This document shows, in pieces, positions 48,931-58,094 of a stretch of 64,000 nt of DNA. Numbering within the stretch: position 1 is the stretch's first letter; every line of letters begins with the position of its first letter. The notes beneath the pieces were generated by a model that was not told the origin of the DNA, did no database searches, and was given only the letters and a program-made list of their open reading frames with translations. This DNA comes from a virus (taxonomy: Duplodnaviria > Heunggongvirae > Uroviricota > Caudoviricetes), in the IMG/VR virus record IMGVR_UViG_3300042322_000140, positions 64,228 through 128,227 of that record; one strand, given 5' to 3'. The position numbers were made by a program, and so were the translations under genes.

Positions 48931-49193
48931 CTTAGCAAGGCATAAACGATAAGGAATACTCGTCACAGGTTTATGTTGAGTTGCAGACGGGCCGAAATGC
49001 TTACGGTTAACAAGGCTTAACTCATAAAGTCTAGAGAGCAAAATCTAACGAGTGACTGATGGAAAGACATCAACATGGGAAAGTAGCAGATAAGGTCGCC
49101 CCTGAACTGTGAGTGGGACTAATGTGACGGTCAATCGTAAAGGCTCAAGGTACGTAACAAGTAGTAGTTGGTTGGAGTAAGTGACTTAGCATC

Positions 49194-49217
49194 GGGGGTT
49201 CGATTCCCCCCTTTTTT
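49194..49217 (+). terminator. tRNA-T-arm-like hairpin GGGGG-TTCGATT-CCCCC(C) plus T6
   Basis: Ends the ORF-free RNA island. The hairpin is directly followed by TTTTTT. Confidence 0.5.
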
Positions 49218-49238
49218 ACAAACTAAAAATTATATAAA

Positions 49239-49436
49239 ATGTCAGTATTTAAAGTGTCTTTTATGGGAACTCGAATAGGAGAACATAATGGTAAGCCTAG
49301 TAAAATAAGATTTAAAGTGCAGGATGAAGAAGGTGAAGATTATTACAGTTCAGGGGGAGAACAAAAAATAGAATTTGATATAGACTTAGAGTACAAGGAT
49401 GTAACCAATTTAAAAATAACAGAAGTTTATGAATAA
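49239..49436 (+). CDS. hypothetical protein
   Basis: 65 aa. Confidence 0.4.
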   Translation: MSVFKVSFMGTRIGEHNGKPSKIRFKVQDEEGEDYYSSGGEQKIEFDIDLEYKDVTNLKITEVYE

Positions 49437-49459
49437 AGTAAAAACAAAATTAATATAAG

Positions 49460-49765
49460 ATGAACGAACTATTTAAAAAAACAAAAACAGACAGATTTCA
49501 GTTAGATGAAAACTACTTCCTAGAGTCAGATGGCTACCATGGGCTAACACTATTGTTTGAACAAGCTAGGATGAAGAAGAAAAAAGATGGTAGTGGGGAA
49601 GAAGAATACCTTTATGTAGACAAATGGTACTACCCTAAAGTATCAATGGTTCTCCATAAGTACTTAGAACTTGTAACAAAAGATACAAAATCTATAGAAG
49701 AATTAAGAGAAGTTGTGTTAAGGGTAGAAACAAAAATTGACTCCATTCGAGAGTCATGGAAATAG
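49460..49765 (+). CDS. hypothetical protein
   Basis: 101 aa. Confidence 0.45.
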   Translation: MNELFKKTKTDRFQLDENYFLESDGYHGLTLLFEQARMKKKKDGSGEEEYLYVDKWYYPKVSMVLHKYLELVTKDTKSIEELREVVLRVETKIDSIRESWK

Positions 49766-49774
49766 TTTAACTAA

Positions 49775-49806
49775 TTTGCAAAAATAATTCTATTTTTGTA
49801 TCTTTG
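49775..49806 (+). promoter_or_regulatory. Bacteroidetes-type promoter (TTTG-N20-TAtcTTTG) upstream of nrdB
   Basis: TTTG at 49775-49778 and TAtcTTTG at 49799-49806. Confidence 0.5.
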
Positions 49807-49818
49807 TACCTTAATATC

Positions 49819-49852
49819 GGAGTACCTCTTTTAATTAGGAGGTACTTTTTTT
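49819..49852 (+). promoter_or_regulatory. leader hairpin plus T-run between promoter and nrdB (attenuator-like)
   Basis: GGAGTACCTC...GAGGTACTTTTTTT. Confidence 0.4.
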
Positions 49853-49880
49853 ACCTTAATTTTTAAAATAATAAAAACCA

Positions 49881-50858
49881 ATGAGCATCTTCACAGAAAG
49901 AAAAAACTACAAGCCGTTTGAGTACAGCGGTATTACAGACCCCTTAATTAATGCAATGTGGGCCGGACACTGGACTCATAATGAGTTCAATTTTTTGAAT
50001 GACATTCAAGATTACAAAACAAAATTAACAGTAGAAGAACAAGGAGTAGTCAAAAGAGCTATACTACTAACTTCACAAGTAGAAGTTGCTGTAAAATCTT
50101 ATTGGTCTAACATTGGGAAGTTACTCCCTAAGCCTGAGATAGCTGACATGGGGGCAGTATTCGGAGGGGTAGAAGTTGTCCACTCAAAAGCATATGCAGA
50201 GATACTATCAAAACTTGGATTGGAAGATCAATTTGAAGATTTGTTCTCAGAGCCGGTTGTTGTTGGGAGAGTGAATTATTTAACAAAGTATATCAACAAG
50301 ATATACAAAAATGACCATAAGAATATTTGCTATTCTTTAGTTTTATTTACATTATTCACAGAATATACTGCTTTATTTTCACAATTCTATACTATTCTAG
50401 GATTTAATAGGTTCAGAGGAGTGCTTAAAGATGTAGCAAATGTAGTGCAATATACTTCGAAAGAGGAAAACTTACATGCAGAAGGTGGTATTGCCTTACT
50501 TAACCAAATTAGAGCAGAGCACCCAGAATTATTTGATGCAGAGTTTGTTGAGAAGATTAGACAAGAAGTACTAGAGGCTTACAAAGCTGAGGCAGATTTG
50601 ATTGACTGGATTCTAGAGGGTTATGAAAATGAGTTTTTATCCCCTAAGATTTTAAAAGGTTATGTACAAATTAGATTAAACGATGCCCTAGAGAAAATTG
50701 GTATGGGAACTTCTTTTGAGATTGATCCTCAGATTAGGGAAGAAACTCTTTGGATGGAAGAAGAAGTTTATGCAAGTGCTTTGACAGACTTCTTTCACAA
50801 AAAACCTATTGATTATAGTAAAAAAATGAAAACGTATAACGAAGAAGATTTATTTTAA
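49881..50858 (+). CDS. nrdB: ribonucleotide reductase small (beta/R2) subunit
   Basis: Ferritin-like diiron ligand motifs EVVHSKAY and EENLHAEGG. Size and context with the alpha subunit. Confidence 0.75.
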   Translation: MSIFTERKNYKPFEYSGITDPLINAMWAGHWTHNEFNFLNDIQDYKTKLTVEEQGVVKRAILLTSQVEVAVKSYWSNIGKLLPKPEIADMGAVFGGVEVVHSKAYAEILSKLGLEDQFEDLFSEPVVVGRVNYLTKYINKIYKNDHKNICYSLVLFTLFTEYTALFSQFYTILGFNRFRGVLKDVANVVQYTSKEENLHAEGGIALLNQIRAEHPELFDAEFVEKIRQEVLEAYKAEADLIDWILEGYENEFLSPKILKGYVQIRLNDALEKIGMGTSFEIDPQIREETLWMEEEVYASALTDFFHKKPIDYSKKMKTYNEEDLF

Positions 50859-50859
50859 G

Positions 50860-52506
50860 ATGGAAGATTTTAATTGGTTAAACAAAGACTCAAGAGCATT
50901 TCTTGAAAAAGACTACTTATTAGAGGGGGTTACCCCTGAAGAACGTATCAGACAAATAGCAGATACAGCAGAAAGTGTACTAGGTATTGAAGGATTTTCA
51001 GATAAATTCTACGGCTACATGGCTAAAGGATTTTATTCATTAGCTACACCGGTTTGGATGAATTTTGGCCTTGATAGAGGGTTACCTATATCTTGTTATG
51101 GAATTGACATTCAAGATGACACAATGGATATTCTGAGAGCAACAGCTGAGATTGGTGCCTTAACTAAAATGGGAGGTGGTACTGCCGGTTACTTCGGTAA
51201 GTTAAGAGGTAGAGGTGCACCTATTCGTAACAATGGAGTTTCAAACGGAGCTGTTAGTTTCTTACTACCTTTCCAAACAACAACAGATGTTATTACACAA
51301 GGTCAAGCAAGAAGAGGTTATTTTGCTGCTTACTTACCTGTTGATCACCCAGATATTGAGGAGTTTTTACAATGTAGGAATGAAGGTAATGTTATTCAAA
51401 ATATTGCTCTAGGAGTTTGTATCTCAGATGAATGGATGGAGTCAGCAGAGGCCGGGGATAAAGATAAAAGAAAAATCTTAGCCAAGATACACCAAAAAAG
51501 AGCAGAGTCTGGGTTTCCTTACATCTTCTTTACCGGTAATGTAAACAAGAATAAGCCTAAAGTGTACAAAGATAAAGAGATGGATATTAACCACTCTCAG
51601 ATGTGTACAGAAATCTTAGAATATACAGATGAGCATAAATCATTTGTTTGTTGTTTATCTTCCTTGAACCTTTTACATTGGGATGAGATGGTTCAAACAG
51701 ATGCAGTTGAAACTTTGGCTTACTTCTTAGATGCAGTTTATTCTGAGTTTATACAAAAGGCAGATGGTATTCCATTTATGGAGAAAGCTTTGTTGTTCGC
51801 AAAAGAACACAGAAGTATCGGTATTGGAGTTCTTGGATGGCACAGTTTCTTACAATCTAAACTTATTCCTTTTGAGGGCTTAGAATCTAAGATGTTGAAT
51901 GCCGAGATTTTTAGAACTATCAACGATAAAAGTTTAATTGCAAGTATGCAGTTAGCAACTATGTTTGGGGAGCCGGAAATGCTGAAAGGTTACGGACAAA
52001 GATTTACAACTAGACTAGCAATTGCCCCTACAACAAGTTCGTCTTTTATCCTTGGACAAGTTAGTCCAAGTATTGAGCCATTACAGTCTAATTACTTTAT
52101 TAAAGATCTAGCTAAAGGTAAGTTTGTTTATAGAAACCCTTACTTAAAGAAGTTATTGAAAGATAAAGAGCAGGATACTCCGGAAGTATGGAACAGCATC
52201 TTATTAAAAGGTGGTTCAGTACAACATTTAGATATTCTTGACGAAAAAGAAAAATTAGTATTCAAAACATTTGGTGAGATAAGCCAATTAGAAATAGTAC
52301 AACAAGCTGCCCAAAGACAGAGATTTATTGACCAAGGGCAGTCTTTAAACCTAATGATACACCCTGATACTTCCTTGAAAGAAGTCAATGCGTTGTTCTT
52401 TGAGTCTTGGAAGTTAGGTATAAAAACACTTTATTATCAAAGAAGTGTGAATATGGCCCAAGAGGTTAGCCGTAATCTTATGGATTGCTCTAGTTGTGAG
52501 GGGTAA
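50860..52506 (+). CDS. nrdA: ribonucleotide reductase large (alpha/R1) subunit, class I, no ATP-cone
   Basis: Active-site NHSQMCTEI (compare SNLCTEI). CCLSSLNL cysteine. C-terminal redox pair CSSCEG. Confidence 0.75.
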   Translation: MEDFNWLNKDSRAFLEKDYLLEGVTPEERIRQIADTAESVLGIEGFSDKFYGYMAKGFYSLATPVWMNFGLDRGLPISCYGIDIQDDTMDILRATAEIGALTKMGGGTAGYFGKLRGRGAPIRNNGVSNGAVSFLLPFQTTTDVITQGQARRGYFAAYLPVDHPDIEEFLQCRNEGNVIQNIALGVCISDEWMESAEAGDKDKRKILAKIHQKRAESGFPYIFFTGNVNKNKPKVYKDKEMDINHSQMCTEILEYTDEHKSFVCCLSSLNLLHWDEMVQTDAVETLAYFLDAVYSEFIQKADGIPFMEKALLFAKEHRSIGIGVLGWHSFLQSKLIPFEGLESKMLNAEIFRTINDKSLIASMQLATMFGEPEMLKGYGQRFTTRLAIAPTTSSSFILGQVSPSIEPLQSNYFIKDLAKGKFVYRNPYLKKLLKDKEQDTPEVWNSILLKGGSVQHLDILDEKEKLVFKTFGEISQLEIVQQAAQRQRFIDQGQSLNLMIHPDTSLKEVNALFFESWKLGIKTLYYQRSVNMAQEVSRNLMDCSSCEG

Positions 52507-52532
52507 TTAATTTTATTATTTTTTGTTTTTAG

Positions 52533-52556
52533 CCCTCCAGAAATGGGGGGTTTTTT
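52533..52556 (+). terminator. rho-independent terminator after nrdA
   Basis: CCCTCCAGAAATGGGGGG followed by T6. Confidence 0.6.
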
Positions 52557-52642
52557 ATTTTATTAAAAAAAGTTTAACTTTTTCTTGCACATGTTAAATA
52601 TTCTCCATATCTTTGCAAAGTGAAATTAAAACATTAAAAATT

Positions 52643-52849
52643 ATGAAAAAATTATTATTACTTTTAATAGGGGTTGCTACATTATCTTGCTCCTCAGTAG
52701 AACAAAGAATAAAAGAGTATTCTTACACAAACGAGTGGTACTATATGGGTACTGAAAGATACCAAGTTTACAAAACAGAAAATGGTAGAAGGTATATTGT
52801 TGTGTTGAACAACAAACAAACTAATTTTAAACGTAAATATATTAAATAA
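52643..52849 (+). CDS. small lipoprotein (o-spanin-like candidate)
   Basis: Start set to MKKLLLLLIGVATLSCSS (lipobox LSC). Lies immediately upstream of the glucosaminidase. Confidence 0.4.
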   Translation: MKKLLLLLIGVATLSCSSVEQRIKEYSYTNEWYYMGTERYQVYKTENGRRYIVVLNNKQTNFKRKYIK

Positions 52850-52855
52850 TAAGAT

Positions 52856-53392
52856 ATGTATAAATTTAACAAAGACAGCTTAATTTACGAGAGAGTAAAC
52901 ATTTGGAAGTATGTTGGTATGATTGCCTTTTCTTTATTGATAGTATTCACATTAAGCTCTTTTGTTTTGAAAGAGGTTGTAATAGTCAACGCAGAAAAAG
53001 AAGTTATTTTAAAAACCAATGAGGACTTCTCTAAAGATAAGTTATTATTAGAAGTAGAAAAATACTCCTTTAAGTACCCCGATATTGTGATGGCCCAGGC
53101 TATTCTAGAAAGTGGGCATTTTAAATCTCCGGTATTCAAACAAAACCACAATATGTTTGGTATGAGACAGGCATTACGTAGAATAAGCACTGCACAGGGC
53201 TCAAATCTTAATCATGCGTATTATACTAGTTGGAAGGATTGCGTAGCTGACAGAGCCTTATATGAAGCCCAGTACCTATCTAAGCTGACAAGAGAACAAT
53301 ACTTTTCTTACTTAGACCAAGTTTATGCTGAGGGTGGAGGTTATAGCAAACTATTAAAGCAGGTAATACAAAAAATGAGCCATGATAAATAA
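52856..53392 (+). CDS. N-terminally membrane-anchored GH73 glucosaminidase (endolysin candidate)
   Basis: Glucosaminidase/FlgJ-like motif AQAILESGHFKS...NHNMFGMRQ. N-terminal TM segment IWKYVGMIAFSLLIVFTLSSFVL. Confidence 0.65.
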   Translation: MYKFNKDSLIYERVNIWKYVGMIAFSLLIVFTLSSFVLKEVVIVNAEKEVILKTNEDFSKDKLLLEVEKYSFKYPDIVMAQAILESGHFKSPVFKQNHNMFGMRQALRRISTAQGSNLNHAYYTSWKDCVADRALYEAQYLSKLTREQYFSYLDQVYAEGGGYSKLLKQVIQKMSHDK

Positions 53393-53984
53393 TCTAAATT
53401 CAATAAGGCCGTTGCTTAATTACGAAAGTAAAGGAGACTTCTACATGTTGTATATCTTTAAGCGTAAAAAAGACCAACCGGAAGGAGAAAGAGATAATCA
53501 TCAATCTGTAAGGACAATCAAGACATACTGTATTGAAAGTATTGAGCACCTAGAAAGACGATATGATGAGATAATTCAATTATGTGAGATGTTCAAAGCA
53601 AGGGCTTATATTCATGTTCAAAAACAAAACCATTTTGATGTATCATTAAGTATGATGTCTGCTTTGGCACAAAAGATTCAGAATGGAAACCATAATCAGA
53701 AGGGGCTGTTTGATTCAGTTGTAGGGCAAATAAAAACGCAAGAGAAAAGGTGGATTGTTGACGTTGATACTAAAGATCTTCAAGATTTAGTTGAGGTTGC
53801 GGAATTTATCTACAATCTTAGACCTATCGGACATAAGATTATAACCACACTCCCAACTAAAAACGGATTTCATTTAATAACAGAGAGGTTTGATGTTAAA
53901 TCATTTGGTGATAGATACCCAGAAATTGATATACAAAAGAAAAATCCAACACTGCTTTACTATCCAAAAAGCTTAGAAAATTAA
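53382..53984 (+). CDS. hypothetical protein
   Basis: 200 aa; no motif assigned. Confidence 0.45.
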   Translation: MINNLNSIRPLLNYESKGDFYMLYIFKRKKDQPEGERDNHQSVRTIKTYCIESIEHLERRYDEIIQLCEMFKARAYIHVQKQNHFDVSLSMMSALAQKIQNGNHNQKGLFDSVVGQIKTQEKRWIVDVDTKDLQDLVEVAEFIYNLRPIGHKIITTLPTKNGFHLITERFDVKSFGDRYPEIDIQKKNPTLLYYPKSLEN

Positions 53985-53989
53985 AAATT

Positions 53990-54466
53990 ATGAGTACATT
54001 TTTTATATCCGACCTACATTTAGGTCATGAAAATATGGCTATCAAAAGAGGGTTCTCTTGTGCAGATGAGATGAACGAGCACATCATTAAGTGTTGGAAC
54101 TCTGTGATAAGTAAAAGAGACTTAGTTTACATACTTGGTGATGTTACAATGGAGAAAGTCAGAGATTATCCTATACTTCTACAGCTTAAAGGGGAGAAGA
54201 CAGTTGTTCTTGGTAACCACGATGAACCTCAGCACGCTAGAGAGCTGCTTAAGTATGTGAACAAAGTTGCAGGAATGATTGACTATAAAGGTAATTCTAT
54301 ACTTACACATTGCCCTATACACCCTAGTCAATTAGACTATAGATACAGCTATAATATTCATGGGCATGTCCATGAGAACAGCTTAGACGATCCTAGGTAC
54401 ATAAATGTATCATGTGAGGTAGTTGATTACACACCAGTAGAATATTTAAAATTAATAAATAAATAG
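53990..54466 (+). CDS. calcineurin-like metallophosphoesterase
   Basis: Motifs DLHLGH, GDV, GNHD, HGHVH. Confidence 0.7.
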   Translation: MSTFFISDLHLGHENMAIKRGFSCADEMNEHIIKCWNSVISKRDLVYILGDVTMEKVRDYPILLQLKGEKTVVLGNHDEPQHARELLKYVNKVAGMIDYKGNSILTHCPIHPSQLDYRYSYNIHGHVHENSLDDPRYINVSCEVVDYTPVEYLKLINK

Positions 54467-54467
54467 T

Positions 54468-54752
54468 ATGAAAATAGCAACTAAAGAATTTGATATTGTA
54501 GCACATGATGAGTCTTTCGGTTATTTAATAACAGAGACATATTACATTATGGGGGTATCTATATGGTTACGTTACCATTATGCCTCAGAACAATTACAAA
54601 CACCCTTCGCAAAGATAGAAGAGGCAATCTACGCAATAACTGTGTTAGAAGATGAGTATGAATTAACTAATGTAAATTTTAAAGAAAACTTAGTGCTGTA
54701 TGTACTATTAGTAATTTTTGTTCTTCTTATAATAAACAACACTTTTAAATAA
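54468..54752 (+). CDS. hypothetical protein with C-terminal TM segment
   Basis: 94 aa; hydrophobic C-terminus LVLYVLLVIFVLLIIN. Confidence 0.4.
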   Translation: MKIATKEFDIVAHDESFGYLITETYYIMGVSIWLRYHYASEQLQTPFAKIEEAIYAITVLEDEYELTNVNFKENLVLYVLLVIFVLLIINNTFK

Positions 54753-54792
54753 TAAAAGCAGAAGAGCCAACTGTAAACCGGCAAAATTAATT

Positions 54793-54999
54793 ATGGAAAT
54801 ATTTGTATGGGCAATGGTAATATTGTCATTTGCAGCATTAATTTACTTTACTGTTAAACCTTATTTTAAAGGTCTTGACTACAGTAAATTTAAGCAACCT
54901 GATTTTTCTATCGAGGAAGAGGTATTGGAAAAACCGGCTCCTAAGAAAAAGAGATACTACAAAAAAAGAAAGCCTAAAAATGATAAAGGCGAAAAATAA
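54793..54999 (+). CDS. small membrane protein with basic tail
   Basis: N-terminal TM segment plus KKKRYYKKRKPK. Confidence 0.4.
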   Translation: MEIFVWAMVILSFAALIYFTVKPYFKGLDYSKFKQPDFSIEEEVLEKPAPKKKRYYKKRKPKNDKGEK

Positions 55000-55516
55000 A
55001 GTGTGTATCGAATGTGGTAGAGATGATCAACCTTGGTTCTCAAAAAAGAGATGCCGAGGTTGTTCTATCATCCAGAATGCAAAGTCATCAATGACAGTAG
55101 TCAGAAAAGCTATAAAAAAACAAACAGATAAAAACAAGGAATATCGTAAATCGCAATCAGCAATACGTGACCCCTATTTTGAATATCACATAGCTAATTG
55201 TACAAGCTCTGAGCATAGTGGTGTGAATATATTTTTCCCTACTAGAGCAAATTGCTGTCATCTTTTTGACAAGGCTAGGCATCAAAGTGTTCAAGGGAAT
55301 TTAATAAATTGTGTTTATCTTACCTTAGATGAACATACTAGGTTTGATCAGTTATTGTATAGCCATCAGTTTGATAAACTATCTAAAGAGTTCCCAAATG
55401 CTTGGGCACATGCTGTAAATAGAATGAAATTGTTATTACCAGAAGTAAAAGAAGAAACAAAATTTAAACATAGATTCGAAGAATGGATACAATCAAAACA
55501 GTCAGAGATAGACTAA
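54980..55516 (+). CDS. zinc-finger protein, possibly HNH-like endonuclease
   Basis: Start trimmed to MIKAKNK. CIECG...CRGC zinc ribbon. CCHLFDKARH...GNLIN...LDEH could be an H-N-H motif. Confidence 0.35.
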   Translation: MIKAKNKVCIECGRDDQPWFSKKRCRGCSIIQNAKSSMTVVRKAIKKQTDKNKEYRKSQSAIRDPYFEYHIANCTSSEHSGVNIFFPTRANCCHLFDKARHQSVQGNLINCVYLTLDEHTRFDQLLYSHQFDKLSKEFPNAWAHAVNRMKLLLPEVKEETKFKHRFEEWIQSKQSEID

Positions 55517-55692
55517 ATCATGTAAAGTCAGATTTGGCTACATTAAAACAGCCAAAGATGGGTAAGAGTCATTTTGATAGTCTTAGGATATGGGAGTTGG
55601 AACAAGAGAAAAAAGTTTTAGAAGAAAAGCTTGCAGAATTAAAAAACAATTCATAACTTTGCAAAAAATTTATTAACAATAAAAAAATTAAT

Positions 55693-55962
55693 ATGTATTA
55701 CAATACTACAAATGAATCAGCAGAACAATTAAAAACGTTCAAAGGTAAAGCAACAAAGCAAGAAAATGAAATTTTGCAGTTGTTCAAAAGAGATAGTTTT
55801 TTGTCACCCTCAGATGTACAAAAAGAATTTCAAAACTACCCCCTAACTTCAGTTAGACGTGCAATTACTAACCTAACAATAGCAGGGCTTTTAGAAAAAA
55901 CTGCTGACAAAAGACCGGGTATCTATGGAAGAAACGAGTGTGTTTGGAAATATAAGTGCTAA
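55693..55962 (+). CDS. winged-helix DNA-binding protein
   Basis: SVRRAITNLTIAGLLEK helix-turn-helix-like segment in an 89-aa protein. Follows the promoter TAacTTTGcaaaaaa. Confidence 0.45.
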   Translation: MYYNTTNESAEQLKTFKGKATKQENEILQLFKRDSFLSPSDVQKEFQNYPLTSVRRAITNLTIAGLLEKTADKRPGIYGRNECVWKYKC

Positions 55963-56183
55963 CAATGAGTAAAGCATACGAAGAAAGAAAACAATGGTTC
56001 TTAGATAGAGTAGGCAAAAGAGTATTTAGAGAATCAAATGGTTGTACCTGTGGGGTATGTGAACATAATCAAAAGAATGGGATAGTTATTACAAGTGATA
56101 TGCATGCCTTATATATGCTAGATATGGAGGGTATGAGTAATATACCGGAAGAATCAGACCACCCATTTAAATACAGAGATTAA
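55956..56183 (+). CDS. hypothetical Cys-containing protein
   Basis: 75 aa. Confidence 0.4.
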   Translation: MLTMSKAYEERKQWFLDRVGKRVFRESNGCTCGVCEHNQKNGIVITSDMHALYMLDMEGMSNIPEESDHPFKYRD

Positions 56184-56184
56184 T

Positions 56185-56478
56185 ATGAAAATAGGAATTG
56201 GAGAACACTGTTTTGGTTCATACGTTAGTGTAGATGATACTAACTTATGTAATGATGAGTATGTAGACTTAGAACTACAAAGAGAAGGTAGGATAATAAT
56301 TTTATCTGAATTAACAAAAAACATAGATAACATACCTGCATACTATTGGAAAGAATTAGCAGAAATGGCTATGTCAAATAACGAGAGTTTTGAAGTAGAC
56401 CAAGAAGAGTCTTTTCATGATACTTGTGAACAATGTGGTAATTGGAATAACCATACAACGTATAACAAAAAACAATAA
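56185..56478 (+). CDS. hypothetical protein
   Basis: 97 aa. Confidence 0.4.
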   Translation: MKIGIGEHCFGSYVSVDDTNLCNDEYVDLELQREGRIIILSELTKNIDNIPAYYWKELAEMAMSNNESFEVDQEESFHDTCEQCGNWNNHTTYNKKQ

Positions 56479-56483
56479 AAGTA

Positions 56484-56729
56484 ATGAGAGGTACAATCAG
56501 AAAAGACCAAGACGGTTGGTCAGTAGTATACTTCGTAACAGCTGAGGATTGTGATGCAGTAGCTAGAGTAGAGATGAAGCTACATAAGGAAGATCATGAG
56601 CATGTAAAACATGGAGATTTAGTAGACTTTGAAGCAGTAAAAGTTGGTAAAAAACTTGTAGCTAAGCTAGAAAGAGTGACTACTCACAAAAGAGAAATAA
56701 ACGATCATTTAAAACAAGTAGTACTATGA
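56484..56729 (+). CDS. hypothetical protein
   Basis: 81 aa. Confidence 0.4.
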   Translation: MRGTIRKDQDGWSVVYFVTAEDCDAVARVEMKLHKEDHEHVKHGDLVDFEAVKVGKKLVAKLERVTTHKREINDHLKQVVL

Positions 56730-57424
56730 TTATAGGTTTGTCAGGCCGTATGGGCAGCGGTAAAGATACCGTTGGTAAAATTATACAATATCTTTTATGT
56801 AAGAATGTGGGGGATATTAGTCTAGAAGATGTGGTTTCGTGTAATGACCATGATTGGTGGTTAGATGAACAATCTAAATTTGAAATCAAGAAGTTTGCTG
56901 GTAAATTAAAAGCTGTTGGTAGCTTACTTACAGGGATACCTACAGAAAAGTTTGAAGACCAAGAGTTTAAAAAGACAGACTTGCCAAATGAGTGGGTTTA
57001 TATAGAAAATGGGTATGCTGCTAGAAATATGACAGTTCGTGATTTCTTACAGAAACTTGGTACAGAGGCAATGCGTAACGGCTTACATACAAATGTGTGG
57101 GTCAACGCTTTGTTTGCAGATTATAAAGAAGAGCTCGACCCCTATCATTTTAAATCTCATATAAACGAGTCTACATTAAAATATCCAAATTGGATTTTGA
57201 CAGACATGAGGTTTCCAAACGAACTAGAATCTGTTGTAGAAAGAAATGGTATTACTATTAGAGTAACAAGACCGGTTGAAAAAAGCAAAACAACTGCTAG
57301 ATTACACCCCTCGGAAACATCTCTTGATAAAGCTGAGTTTGATTATGAGATTGTAAACGATGGCACTATCAAAGAGTTAGCAGAAAAGGTGCAAATAATT
57401 TTAATAAAAGAAGGCATACTATGA
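56726..57424 (+). CDS. deoxynucleoside monophosphate kinase (T4 gp1-like P-loop kinase)
   Basis: N-terminal MIIGLSGRMGSGKDT resembles T4 dNMP kinase MKLIFLSGVKRSGKDT. Confidence 0.6.
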   Translation: MIIGLSGRMGSGKDTVGKIIQYLLCKNVGDISLEDVVSCNDHDWWLDEQSKFEIKKFAGKLKAVGSLLTGIPTEKFEDQEFKKTDLPNEWVYIENGYAARNMTVRDFLQKLGTEAMRNGLHTNVWVNALFADYKEELDPYHFKSHINESTLKYPNWILTDMRFPNELESVVERNGITIRVTRPVEKSKTTARLHPSETSLDKAEFDYEIVNDGTIKELAEKVQIILIKEGIL

Positions 57425-57795
57425 ACCCAAGATTTGAACCAAAACACATATTAGCTATAGATTTCGATCTAACTATATGTATGAGTGATTACCCAAAACT
57501 TGGCCCAATGAGAAGAGGTGCCAAAGAAGCAATAACAAAGCTTTATAATGATGGGTTTGGTATTGTGATTAACACATGTAGAGATGGTCACCCTTTGTCT
57601 GATGCAATGCATTGGTTAAAAGATAACGACATTCCTTACCATTATGTTAATTGTAATTTTCCACACTTAATCGAGCACTACAAAGCTGATTGTCGTAAGA
57701 TTTCAGCAGATATGTACATAGATGATAAGGGGGTAGAGGACCTACCGTCTTGGACTAAAATTTATAAAATAATAACAAACAAATTTAAAATATGA
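57421..57795 (+). CDS. HAD-superfamily small hydrolase (nucleotidase-like)
   Basis: DxDxT motif ILAIDFDLTI. Confidence 0.5.
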   Translation: MNPRFEPKHILAIDFDLTICMSDYPKLGPMRRGAKEAITKLYNDGFGIVINTCRDGHPLSDAMHWLKDNDIPYHYVNCNFPHLIEHYKADCRKISADMYIDDKGVEDLPSWTKIYKIITNKFKI

Positions 57796-58094
57796 AAAGT
57801 TACGGTGAATTAGAGGCTCTTGTTATAGCATGGGCGGCACAAAAAGGCATTTTAGAAAAAGCTACGCCAATGGCTCAAGCACTAAAAACATTAGAAGAAT
57901 GTACAGAATTATGTACAGCAATCAACAATAATGACCGTCCTGAGATCATTGATGCTTTGGGTGACATTCTAGTAACAATCATTATCCAAGCAGAGATGCA
58001 AGGCATGAGTCTTAGAAACTGTTTAGAGAGTGCATACAATGTAATTTCTCAGCGTACCGGTAGAATGGAGAATGGCCAATTTGTAAAAGATTAA
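57792..58094 (+). CDS. MazG-like nucleotide pyrophosphohydrolase
   Basis: EECTEL...ALGDILV all-alpha NTP-PPase signature. Confidence 0.6.
   Translation: MKSYGELEALVIAWAAQKGILEKATPMAQALKTLEECTELCTAINNNDRPEIIDALGDILVTIIIQAEMQGMSLRNCLESAYNVISQRTGRMENGQFVKD

Noticed and set aside
49000-49190. Group I intron (GGGACTAA... resembling a P7/R element) in the tRNA island.
   Set aside because: There is no matching S element (UAGUC partner) and no P3-P8 core that could be assembled.
48530-49217. Multiple tRNA-3'-half-like fragments interpreted as attP or prophage integration scars.
   Set aside because: There is no integrase or excisionase anywhere in the window. The rest of the genome organisation is that of a virulent-type phage.
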